Part shown: piece by piece, positions 1 to 10,593 of the stretch
How the letters are laid out: the number at the start of each line of letters is the position of its first letter
Position numbering within the stretch: position 1 is the stretch's first letter
Assembly: GCA_965217585.1 (NCBI GenBank)
Contig: OZ244561.1
Coordinates: 1,760,001-1,824,000, forward strand
Length of the DNA: 64,000 nucleotides
Origin: Candidatus Latescibacterota bacterium
Lineage (GTDB): Bacteria; Latescibacterota; UBA2968; UBA8231
Reading direction: 5' to 3'
Position numbers and translations under genes: made by a program
The notes under the pieces: model-generated
Seen by the model: the letters and a program-made list of their open reading frames with translations, nothing else
The model's database searches: none
Told to the model about the DNA's origin: nothing

Positions 1-672
1 TTGATAGCCTTCAATCCCATGTAGGTGTTGGCTGAGCACTGTCGCATGTTCAAACTGCGGGTCAATCTTGCAGGGAAGATTCTGGCTTACAATCCGTTTT
101 AGCTCCTCAGCATCAGTCAACTTGAGGTAGTCGCCTTGAAGTCCAAGAAGCTTGACGATCGTGTAGTGGTCGGTCTCCGGGGCTCCATCTGCCTCGATGC
201 GAAAGCGATCGTCAAGTAACTCTTTGATGTTAATGTCTTCATGTACATGTTCGATGATTTTCGCGAAGTCAATCGCAAGACGGTAGCGCTTCCCATCGCC
301 TTCCTTGGTCGTTTCAATCTCCAACCTGTCACACGCCTGAAACCCGGCCCAAATCCCGATCCCGCGAAATCCAGTCATGTTCCCGTCAAGTTCCGACTTC
401 GGTGATACGGCGATTTTCTTACACGCCTTTATCGCCGCTTCATCCATCCCGATTCCGTTGTCTTGGATCGATATCGTAAAGTTGTCCACAACGCGAACGT
501 TGATTGTTGGGTGCTCTGGCAGCGTGTTTAACTCCTGATAGGAGTCACACGCGTTCTGTACGTACTCCCGGAGCACGCCCTCATGTGTGTACATGCCGCG
601 TGCGAGATTCGCGAGCAAACGGGCACCAATGTCGTCGATGGTGAATTCGTCATCTAGTTGTGTCCAAGGCAT
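1..672 (-). CDS. GHKL (Hsp90/HATPase_c-like) ATPase, 3' end outside window
   Basis: Not in ORF track; translated by hand from ATG at 672: MPWTQLDDEFTIDDIGARLLANLARGMYTHEGVLREYVQNACDS...IQDNGIGM...TGFRGIGIWAG. N-box, G1 and G2 motifs present; frame open to position 1. Confidence 0.85.
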   Translation of the reverse strand, partial: MPWTQLDDEFTIDDIGARLLANLARGMYTHEGVLREYVQNACDSYQELNTLPEHPTINVRVVDNFTISIQDNGIGMDEAAIKACKKIAVSPKSELDGNMTGFRGIGIWAGFQACDRLEIETTKEGDGKRYRLAIDFAKIIEHVHEDINIKELLDDRFRIEADGAPETDHYTIVKLLGLQGDYLKLTDAEELKRIVSQNLPCKIDPQFEHATVLSQHLHGIEGYQ

Positions 673-1116
673 CTGGAACTCTCTCCTTTAGCAAACGCGG
701 CGGCGAAACGCCGTAGCAGGCACAGGGCATGGCGTTAATGACTTTAAGGCGTGCGAGTGGCGTCAATTCCGCTGGATCGCCTTTGCAAAAGGGCGTCAGC
801 ATCACATCAGAACAGCCCAGTTCGTTAAGTCGCTCGCGAAACCACATGAAAATCTCCGCCTGACGGTGAGTAGGCAGTCGAATCTTCTTTATGTGTTCCT
901 TACTTCCCTTGGCTTGACGAGCGAGTTCACTTAGTGATATCGTCTCTTCGGGTGCAATCTCACGGGCAAATGCTTCGGCCGCTTCTGGGTATCGTTTCGC
1001 GATGATGGATGCCGTTGTCGGCGCGAATAGTAGGATGTCCAACGTAAGTCGCCAACTAGCTGTGCCAAGTCGCTCTCGGCTCAATTGAAGTAAGTCGGGA
1101 TACTCTTCGATTTGCA
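650..1116 (-). pseudogene. 5'-truncated paralog of the SPL-like radical SAM gene (C-terminal third only)
   Basis: QIEEYPD...RLTLDIL...CSDVMLTPFCKGDP...MPCACYG aligns closely with the C-terminus of 3848..5245; lacks CxxxCxxC; DNA similarity ends at about 1116. Confidence 0.85.
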
Positions 1117-1327
1117 CTATCTGAACGGCAAGTTACTTCCGTTTCTCGACTACAATCATCGCAAGTACACGTCACTTTCGGTTCACAACTACAACTCCAT
1201 TGAGGGGCTGATGTGGCGATTGAATGCGAAAGTTCGCAATGCCAGCTTCAATCTTGGTGGCGAGGGCAGAGTTGCCCAAGCATTTCGCGAGGTATTCCTC
1301 TATCATGCAGAACTGGTCGCAACGTAG
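1112..1327 (+). pseudogene. Possible 3' remnant of an unknown plus-strand gene
   Basis: 71-codon protein-like frame starting at the point where SPL similarity breaks; no evident RBS; stop converges on the stop at 1333. Confidence 0.3.
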
Positions 1328-1332
1328 CAATG

Positions 1333-2169
1333 TCAGTCGAAGATGTTTGGGACTTCCGGTTCCGGCATCATCGCGAATGCGTGCGGAAACTCGTCAAAGT
1401 GAACGTCATCTAGCTTGCGAGAGCTGCCGTCCTTTCGCTCGACTCGGTAGAGCCATAGTCCCATGGGACTTCGACTGTCACGGTACTTGAATTTTCCAAG
1501 CAATTGTGGACTGGGTATTTCTTTCTGACCGAGTTTACGGAGACTACTCTCTCGTCGGCTGAAGCTAATCGCGACGAGTAGGTCAACGTGGTTTCTCCCG
1601 CGAAATTCCTTGTCGAGTCGAGACGGCTGGAAAAACAGTCGGAACGATCGGTCGTACTTCCCCATAATGTTTTGATTGTGAATCACTCGCGGTGTGAGGC
1701 ACGACGTTACTAACAAAAAATCTCCAATTCGCATGAGCCCAGAGTCCAACAGATACTCCAAGTCATTCGCTTCTTTGTCTTTGAATGTGCCCGTATAGTC
1801 GAGAAAGTAAACAAAGGTGCAGTCTGATCGGATTGCTTCCAGCTTCTCTAGTGCCGAGGGAAACTGAGCGGGGATAATGTCTATTGTGATTGTCTTGACC
1901 TTCGATAGTGTTGTGGCGACAGGGCACTCTTGCGAGCGCTGGGCCAAGTCTGTGTCATGTTCATAAGATATGATTCCTATCTCGTGGTCCCGCACATTGA
2001 AGACGCCGACTAGGTCCATCGCGTCATAAAGATCTTCGCCTCCGAACGTGACGTAAGCGAACTTTTGCGGCAGGCCAAAATCCTTGCGAATTAATCGGAA
2101 ACACTGGTTCAACGCCAATCGCTTCTGGATGCGATATGGCTGTGGCACATCGCCATAGGTTGCTGTCAC
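1333..2169 (-). CDS. Putative class I SAM-dependent methyltransferase-fold protein (Methyltransf_35 / 'O-methyltransferase'-like)
   Basis: PYRIQKR start, YVTFGGEDLYD glycine loop, IISYEHD acidic end of strand 2, FVYFLDYTG motif IV-like segment; directly downstream of a GHKL ATPase gene. Confidence 0.6.
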   Translation of the reverse strand: MTATYGDVPQPYRIQKRLALNQCFRLIRKDFGLPQKFAYVTFGGEDLYDAMDLVGVFNVRDHEIGIISYEHDTDLAQRSQECPVATTLSKVKTITIDIIPAQFPSALEKLEAIRSDCTFVYFLDYTGTFKDKEANDLEYLLDSGLMRIGDFLLVTSCLTPRVIHNQNIMGKYDRSFRLFFQPSRLDKEFRGRNHVDLLVAISFSRRESSLRKLGQKEIPSPQLLGKFKYRDSRSPMGLWLYRVERKDGSSRKLDDVHFDEFPHAFAMMPEPEVPNIFD

Positions 2170-2178
2170 AGAAAGACC

Positions 2179-3855
2179 CTACTTTAAGGATTCGATCTTC
2201 TTGAGGAATTGATCGCGAATGGTGTATGAGAGTTTGCCTATGTCACCATCACATTTGAAGACCTTCAAAGCCTTCTCCAACGTCGGAGCAGGAACGGAGA
2301 GCGCGATTCCCGACAACAAGCAGTCGCGAATCGCGCTCGCCATCTCCTCTTCACAGTTAACTGCAAATCGCTCCAGTAATTCGTCGAACTCGACTGGAGT
2401 AAAAGTCAGCGTCACGACTCGCTCATCATCCTCTTCCGTGACCGCCATCTCTGCCTTGGATTCACTGGGTTCTCTCTTGCGGGCATCACCGTTGGTTTCC
2501 GACGTTTTTTTCGGCCGTGAACCAAACGACCATTTCGGCAATGACGAGGTTCCCGGCTGGCTCACGTTGAGCTTTACTTCCGAGACAGACGCCGCACTCT
2601 CGAGAGGTTTTGCCTCTAGTTCGCTTTGACGAAGACCAGTGTCATTCGCAAACTTGCGTCCGATGTCCGCGTACGCTTTGACGATGGGGCGAAGCGTCTG
2701 CCTCAGCCAAATGCTTACTGGGTGATCATGCATGTACTCACGTTTGTGTGTATCCCATGGGATTGCGAAACTGTGCCCAGTGATGATTAGCTCACCTCGG
2801 AACAAGTCGTGCCCCTTGGTTCCCGTCGCGAGCCCCGACGTACCAAATCCGAATTCCGTCTTAAGGAACTTCTCGATCAGACGACCGTTGCCGTATACAT
2901 CCACGCCCCAATCTGGCTGAAGTCCCTCTTTCTTGCTGGGCAGTTTCCGCGTCAAACCACACTTGAAGCCGAAATCAAGCTTGATGTCATTTCCAGACTG
3001 GAGGAAGTCCTTGAATGTGTGTGAAAACGTATAGACACGCGGGCCAGCGTCCCTTGGGTTGGACCAATCAACATCCATTGCAGGTTCAACCTCAACACCG
3101 TTGACCGTGATGACGATTCGGCGACTCACAATTTCTCCAGCCAGCAGCGGTCGGTAAATGATCCCGACACGTTTGATCAACTCGTCGATCTCATCTTGGG
3201 TTGGCGGTGCAAACAACTTGTAGAAATAGATGTGTGTGTTGCCGGCTCCGATCGGTTTCGCACTCCCGTCCATCGTTTCCCAATTTGGCTTCAATTCCCA
3301 CTTTTCTGGAACCTCGCTTGTGGCGGAAAACGTGGCCGCTGTACATGAAACGATCTTGGCACCATCCGTTAATCGGAAAATACCTTTCTTTGCACCCATC
3401 CCAAACGAACCAATTGTGTTTTTTGAGAAGTCTCGATTTGTTGTCTCACCGGGAATGAACACTTTGTAGACATCGCTCTCGTCCACGCCACCTGCATTGT
3501 CAAAGAATGTTCCCGTAAGCAATTCGAGATCGTAATCAATGTCGATCTTGAGGTTACGCTTGGCTCCTTCAGACCTCCATTTGTCGATCGAGTTGTCGAT
3601 CAATTCAAAGTTGGCTTCATAGAAGGAAAGGTCCCGACGGGCACTGACGACAAGGTCTTTTGGCGGATTGTGTGGGATCGCACGCGGCTCGACGGTCTGC
3701 TGTGGCAAGCTCCCGAAGAACTCACGAACGTGCTGAAAGAAATCCATCGCCTTGTCAAAACGGCCCGCAAGTTCATCGTCGTCCAAGTTCTCTAACAGCG
3801 TCACTTGCTCGTCAGTAGCAAGACGCTCCCAAGCCCGTCTTTCCTTCTTAGCCAT
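2179..3855 (-). CDS. MORC-like GHKL ATPase (HATPase_c plus S5/transducer-like domain)
   Basis: FELIDNSID (N-box), FDNAGG (G1), IGSFGMGAKKG (G2), GNT (G3), then WGVDVYGNGRLI...FRGEL...IPWDTHK. Start placed at ATG 3855, overlapping the upstream stop. Confidence 0.85.
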   Translation of the reverse strand: MAKKERRAWERLATDEQVTLLENLDDDELAGRFDKAMDFFQHVREFFGSLPQQTVEPRAIPHNPPKDLVVSARRDLSFYEANFELIDNSIDKWRSEGAKRNLKIDIDYDLELLTGTFFDNAGGVDESDVYKVFIPGETTNRDFSKNTIGSFGMGAKKGIFRLTDGAKIVSCTAATFSATSEVPEKWELKPNWETMDGSAKPIGAGNTHIYFYKLFAPPTQDEIDELIKRVGIIYRPLLAGEIVSRRIVITVNGVEVEPAMDVDWSNPRDAGPRVYTFSHTFKDFLQSGNDIKLDFGFKCGLTRKLPSKKEGLQPDWGVDVYGNGRLIEKFLKTEFGFGTSGLATGTKGHDLFRGELIITGHSFAIPWDTHKREYMHDHPVSIWLRQTLRPIVKAYADIGRKFANDTGLRQSELEAKPLESAASVSEVKLNVSQPGTSSLPKWSFGSRPKKTSETNGDARKREPSESKAEMAVTEEDDERVVTLTFTPVEFDELLERFAVNCEEEMASAIRDCLLSGIALSVPAPTLEKALKVFKCDGDIGKLSYTIRDQFLKKIESLK

Positions 3856-5245
3856 GATTGGTCCTTTGGGGTGGAGTCGTTCCGTAGCATGCACACGGCA
3901 TTGCACTGATTATTTTGAGTCTTGCCAGCGGCGTAAGTTCGTTCGGGTCACCTTTGCACGGCGTCAGCATAACGTCTGAACAGCCCAATTCGTTTAGTTG
4001 TTCGCGAAACCACATGAAAATCTCAGCTTGACGATCAGCCGGGGGACGGATCTTTTTTACGTGTTTCTTGCTTCCCTTGGCTTGGCGAGCGAGTTCTCGC
4101 AGCGACGTGGTTCCGTCAGGTGCAATCTCACGTGCGAATACCTCAGCCGCCTCCGGGTATCGCGTCGCGATGATGGACGCCGTTGTTGGCGTGAATCGGA
4201 GGATGTCGAGTGTCAATCGCCAACCAGTTGTTCCGAGTCGGTCGCGGCACAAGCGGAGAAAATCAGGATACTCTTCAATCTGCTGCCAAACGGCTGTCAT
4301 GCGAATGACCGGATCGATAGCTCCGGCTTCCACTGCCCATGCGAGACTTTCGAGCAATTCTTCGGCGGGCGACCCGTTAGGAGCCACCCAGCGGCGAACT
4401 GACTCCGGCATGAGCGAAATCCCCACTTGAACCTTGCCGTTGAATCTCAGGTACTGCGGATATCGAATCTTGGTGAGGAAGAACGGTGTGACTTCGGCTT
4501 CGTTGCAGGCGTCGATGACGAACTGAATCATTGAGCCGTTTCCATCCTCGTCAGAAAACCATTCGTCGTACTCAACGAGACCGCTGGTTTCGCCAAAGTT
4601 GATTGGGTATTCGTACTGAAACCACTTCTGCCGTAGCTCAGCAGCTAGGTCTTCCCAGTTCAGAGCCACGTCCATGCCGTCCGTGTATGGCATGTTGAGG
4701 TAGCAGTACGGGCATTCCACCGGACAAAAGCCGACGGCGACCGATGCCTTCATGAATCCTTTCGTGATCGTCCCGTCCTTGTTCCGTACCATCGGACGAG
4801 TCCATTCGCCACACGTCGTTCCTTGCCCGCCAAGAAACGGGCTGACGAATTTCGCCTTTCCCGTGCCACCGCGATTCGTGAGATACAGGCTCTGCCTCTT
4901 CGCGGTAAATGGGTCCGCGTCCACAATGAACTCGTTTCTGAATAACTCAACCGCATTTCCGACCGTTTGATTGTGTCCGCCTTGTCGTTTGACGATGAAT
5001 CGTGCGAGGCCCGCAGCCGGCCCAGCTTGAAACCGTTCCGCAGCATCAGCTTCGTCATCATCGTGGACGGCGAGCATCACCAGAGGCGGATCGATACCCC
5101 ACTGTTTGCGAGTCTGAAGTACACGCAGGACACGGGAAGCCTGTGACTTGTTGCAGAGCAGCGGACCAGCGACCGTGATCAAGCGAATCCGATTGAGGTT
5201 CTCACGGACGATTTTCCGCGTTTGATCAGAGGCTACTGTTTCCAT
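3848..5245 (-). CDS. Spore photoproduct lyase (SPL)-like radical SAM protein
   Basis: GFCPVECPYCYL (CxxxCxYC), FGETS, FFLTK, ISLMPE...SPAEELLESL...AG resemble SPL-family motifs; extra C-terminal cysteines (CSD, PCKG, PCAC). Confidence 0.8.
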   Translation of the reverse strand: METVASDQTRKIVRENLNRIRLITVAGPLLCNKSQASRVLRVLQTRKQWGIDPPLVMLAVHDDDEADAAERFQAGPAAGLARFIVKRQGGHNQTVGNAVELFRNEFIVDADPFTAKRQSLYLTNRGGTGKAKFVSPFLGGQGTTCGEWTRPMVRNKDGTITKGFMKASVAVGFCPVECPYCYLNMPYTDGMDVALNWEDLAAELRQKWFQYEYPINFGETSGLVEYDEWFSDEDGNGSMIQFVIDACNEAEVTPFFLTKIRYPQYLRFNGKVQVGISLMPESVRRWVAPNGSPAEELLESLAWAVEAGAIDPVIRMTAVWQQIEEYPDFLRLCRDRLGTTGWRLTLDILRFTPTTASIIATRYPEAAEVFAREIAPDGTTSLRELARQAKGSKKHVKKIRPPADRQAEIFMWFREQLNELGCSDVMLTPCKGDPNELTPLARLKIISAMPCACYGTTPPQRTNHG

Positions 5246-6603
5246 CGCTTCGCCCTTTCCTCAAAACTCTCGACGCGGGTGACGCGGCCGATATTCTCCG
5301 TGACAACATAAGCCCAGCCACGAGGCAATTTCGTCACGACCTCGTAGATGTCGCTGAACGAGTGAGCATTGCGAATCTTCCGGTGTAGTTGCCGCGAGAC
5401 GCTGCTGTTGTCGTCCCCGACCTGAAACACGAGCTTCGTCGCCGTGTTTGCGAACGCAACAGAACTGAAGTCGTCAGGCTGTTGCGACGCAAGAACCACG
5501 CCGACCCCAAACTTTCGGCCTTCGCGAAGCAGCTTCTCGGCCGGTGACCCATTATCGAAAGACAACTTGTGGGCTTCATCCATCACTACAAAGCACCGAA
5601 GCGGTCCCGGACCGAGCGATTCGACATACCCGATGAAGTTCCACAACAGGAACTCAGTCACGGCTTTCTCAAGCGAGTATTCTAGCCCTTTCAGCTTCAC
5701 CACAAATACTCTTCCGTCTGAACGCAGCATATCGCCCCACTGCATGTCCTGTCCGTTTGAACGGAACGTATTGAACACAAACACGGTCGAGATGTGTGAC
5801 GCAACATTCGCAGCGAGTCGCCGATTCGGATGCCCCGGATCATCGGCATAACTTTCAAGCTGATGCTGAAGGTTGAGGAAAGGCGGAGCTTCTTGTCGTT
5901 CCTCGGCATCAGACCCCGGCAGCACATCAAGGACCGCTTGCCGAAGCATCGCGTGCTGTTGGATGCCGATACCTGAATAGATCCGCTTGAACGTGTCTGC
6001 GACTCGTTGGGCGACGCTCACCGGCCCATGTAAGTCAAACGGGTATCCTTGAAGTGGGTTGATGTTGACGCCGTTACGTCCTGCGTCCAGCTCCTCCGGC
6101 TCGCCAAACTGCAGGAACTCTTGTGGTGAATTGTCGAGCGAGAATCCCTGAGAGTAATCGAAAACGATCGATGGAATCCTGCGTTGTGCCAACTCTGTCA
6201 GCAGGCAGGAGACCGCATAGGTCTTACCAAAGCCGCTTTCACCCAGAACGAGCACGTGGGGATTCGCTGACCCACTTGCTGGATCAGGATTCCAGTACAC
6301 CGGCTCTTCGCTTTCCGCGTCAGCCCCAATCAGCACGGGATCGAACGAGGCGTCCGCGCCGTCCAAGTTGCGAGTTTCCTTGAGGATCGCGTCGACTCGT
6401 TCGCGGCTCTGGCGGATCGGTTCTTCGTTGCTGGCACGCGAGGATAGCTCATAAGTACCTATTGTGACGTGAGCGTTGATCGCGGACACCTGAGCCGGCG
6501 TTACGCCGACTCGTGCCGCGATCGTCTTGCGGTCATGGCCCTGCGATAGGAGGTCCAGAACCTCTTCTCGTTGAGACTTACTTATCCTCTTCGCCATTCC
6601 CAT
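5233..6603 (-). CDS. HerA/FtsK-superfamily ATPase (DUF87/DptH-like) with N-terminal HTH
   Basis: NPHVLVLGESGFGKT (Walker A), IVFDY, VVMDEAH (Walker B), LLREGRKFGVGVVLASQ; N-terminal EVLDLLSQGHDRKTIAARVGVTPAQVS is HTH-like. Confidence 0.85.
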   Translation of the reverse strand: MGMAKRISKSQREEVLDLLSQGHDRKTIAARVGVTPAQVSAINAHVTIGTYELSSRASNEEPIRQSRERVDAILKETRNLDGADASFDPVLIGADAESEEPVYWNPDPASGSANPHVLVLGESGFGKTYAVSCLLTELAQRRIPSIVFDYSQGFSLDNSPQEFLQFGEPEELDAGRNGVNINPLQGYPFDLHGPVSVAQRVADTFKRIYSGIGIQQHAMLRQAVLDVLPGSDAEERQEAPPFLNLQHQLESYADDPGHPNRRLAANVASHISTVFVFNTFRSNGQDMQWGDMLRSDGRVFVVKLKGLEYSLEKAVTEFLLWNFIGYVESLGPGPLRCFVVMDEAHKLSFDNGSPAEKLLREGRKFGVGVVLASQQPDDFSSVAFANTATKLVFQVGDDNSSVSRQLHRKIRNAHSFSDIYEVVTKLPRGWAYVVTENIGRVTRVESFEERAKRWKQ

Positions 6604-6967
6604 TCGTTTTCAGCTCCTCAGTCTTCTCCTGGATCAGAGCATTGATTATGGCGGTCCTATCTTGAATCACGCCTGCTGCTTCCAATCGTCGGAAATCATC
6701 CCATAGCTCGCGGTCGATCCGCAGCGTGACCGACACACGATCGCAGTGGCAAGAACCCTTCGGCCGCCCGACCCGGCGATCAGGCATGCTCTCCCACGCC
6801 TTTCGAGCAGCGAGGCTCAGATTGGTAAAATCGTCTGGCGTGGTTTCAAACGTATTGCCGGCAACCTCAGTAAGAATCGTCCGTTTCGTAACTCGGACGA
6901 CGACTCCACGTTCATTCGCGTGGGGAGGGATCTTTAAGCGTACCTTGTCCCCGACTTGAGTCTGCAT
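6578..6967 (-). CDS. Small putative regulator: KOW-like N-terminus plus BrnA-like ribbon-helix-helix
   Basis: QVGDKVRLK...GVVVRV (KOW-like); RRVGRPKG...VSVTLRIDRELWDDFR...IINALI (BrnA/CopG-type RHH). ATG at 6967 preferred to TTG at 7003. Confidence 0.6.
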   Translation of the reverse strand: MQTQVGDKVRLKIPPHANERGVVVRVTKRTILTEVAGNTFETTPDDFTNLSLAARKAWESMPDRRVGRPKGSCHCDRVSVTLRIDRELWDDFRRLEAAGVIQDRTAIINALIQEKTEELKTNGNGEEDK

Positions 6968-6997
6968 GATTGACTGGCTATCGCATGATCTAATAAA

Positions 6998-7037
6998 TTG
7001 CAATAATTAAATTACAACTTGCAACCGGGGTCGTCAA
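6998..7037 (-). promoter_or_regulatory. Putative sigma70 promoter of the island operon with overlapping palindromic operator
   Basis: Minus strand TTGACG (7037-7032), 17 bp, TAATTT (7014-7009); imperfect palindrome TTGCAAT-N6-ATTACAA at 6998-7017. Confidence 0.45.
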
Positions 7038-7077
7038 GGGGTAGTCAAGTAAGGAGTTGGCGATAGGGGAACACGAC

Positions 7078-7129
7078 ATGAGCTACAAGCCGAAGACACT
7101 CTTTCGACCGACTGATCGAAGACATCAAT
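7078..7129 (+). pseudogene. Frameshifted N-terminal relic, possibly of a DUF262/GmrSD-type gene
   Basis: Removing a 4-bp duplication (cgac) gives MSYKPKTLFRLIEDIN, which I recall as similar to DUF262 N-termini; GGGGA RBS-like site upstream. Confidence 0.3.
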
Positions 7130-7309
7130 GGTACCGCTCACGGCGCAGAGAGCGAATCGCGGAGGAGGTCAGGCGGCGAACTCGAACTGTAGCTGAGGTG
7201 GGGCACCACCAGCAGCCCTACGCGAATCAGCGAAACGGGGTACAACTGGCAACCTCTCAGGCCGGTTCATAAACACACCGACCAGCCCCCAATACCCAAC
7301 CCCCGCTTC

Positions 7310-8047
7310 TCAATGCTTACACGCCACATGTCGATCTTCGTATATTCCCTTTAGAAACTTTTCTGGATTGAGTTCTTCGGGCAAATAATGCCATGCCGTA
7401 CTATAGCGCGTGCGATTGCTGTGGTTATCATAAGCACCGTGCAGGAGATTGGCGGAAAACAGAACAACCGTGCCAGCGGGAATGACCAGATCCACAGCCC
7501 GCGATTCATCGACCTCTGTCCAACTGCCATGCCTGCTTGGATTTCTGCGGTGCTCGACAATCTCACCCATCCGGTGGCTGCCGGGCACCACCCGCAAACA
7601 CCCATTCTCCACATCTGAATCTTCCAGATAAATTCCGCAACTGATAATGCGATCCGTATCAGTCCCAAAATAAAAACTGTCCTGATGCCAGCCCGTTGAC
7701 GTGCCGCCGTTGGGCAACTTTGGAAAAAACTTGGTGCCAAACACATCAAAATTTTCACCAATCAATACTGCTACGCGGTCTAAAATCGCCGTTTCACGCG
7801 CCAGTTCCAACACGCGGGCATCGACCACGCAAATACCCTGAATTTTGTGCAACAAACCCGCCCGGGGTTCACCGCACTCGTCCAACTCGAGCGTCCAGTG
7901 CGGCACCTGCTCGGTCAGCTTGCGCCCCTCTGCGACTAGTTCATCAAACACCTGCTTGTAATAGGCCAATCGCTCGCCTTGTATCAGGGCTTCAAAAACA
8001 AGATAGCCATCTTCTCGAAACTGCCGCACCTGTTCGTCTGTCAACAT
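7310..8047 (-). CDS. Phytanoyl-CoA dioxygenase (PhyH) family protein
   Basis: FREDGYLV, WHQD, ENGCLRVVPGSH, LLHG...N...RTR. Confidence 0.92.
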   Translation of the reverse strand: MLTDEQVRQFREDGYLVFEALIQGERLAYYKQVFDELVAEGRKLTEQVPHWTLELDECGEPRAGLLHKIQGICVVDARVLELARETAILDRVAVLIGENFDVFGTKFFPKLPNGGTSTGWHQDSFYFGTDTDRIISCGIYLEDSDVENGCLRVVPGSHRMGEIVEHRRNPSRHGSWTEVDESRAVDLVIPAGTVVLFSANLLHGAYDNHSNRTRYSTAWHYLPEELNPEKFLKGIYEDRHVACKH

Positions 8048-8322
8048 TCTTGTTCCTCCTCAAGGTATAGGAAAAATAAGGCACCGCTATCGGTACTATG
8101 CAATTCGCTGAAAACGTACGCAAGGGTCCAGCAGGGTCCCTGATGAATCGCTTGTCGTCGCACAGAATCGTTCGGGGAATGCTCAAAGCACCGTTGTAAA
8201 GGATTTCGGCGCGTTTCAGGGGTCAACCTGGTACTTCCGACCCGTCCCCGGTAGCAGCGCTACTGCGGAGGGTGGACGCCCGAACGTGCGCCATTTCCCG
8301 AGCCAGATTCCCTTGCCTATGA

Positions 8323-10548
<2,226 letters not shown>

Positions 10549-10593
10549 TCTCAGCAGGGTGCTCGGTAACGGTGGGCTCCGATGCATCTGAGG

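Noticed and set aside
3848-5245. Calling the gene splB (true spore photoproduct lyase)
   Set aside because: Long extensions, apparent lack of the H-donor Cys and an ATPase-operon context argue against the canonical repair enzyme.
5233-6603. Dnd phosphorothioation (dptH) or conjugative VirB4/VirD4 assignment
   Set aside because: No dndBCDE, dptFG, T4SS or relaxase genes in the window; the protein is much shorter than DptH.
6578-6967. BrnT-BrnA toxin-antitoxin pair
   Set aside because: No BrnT-like ORF is adjacent.
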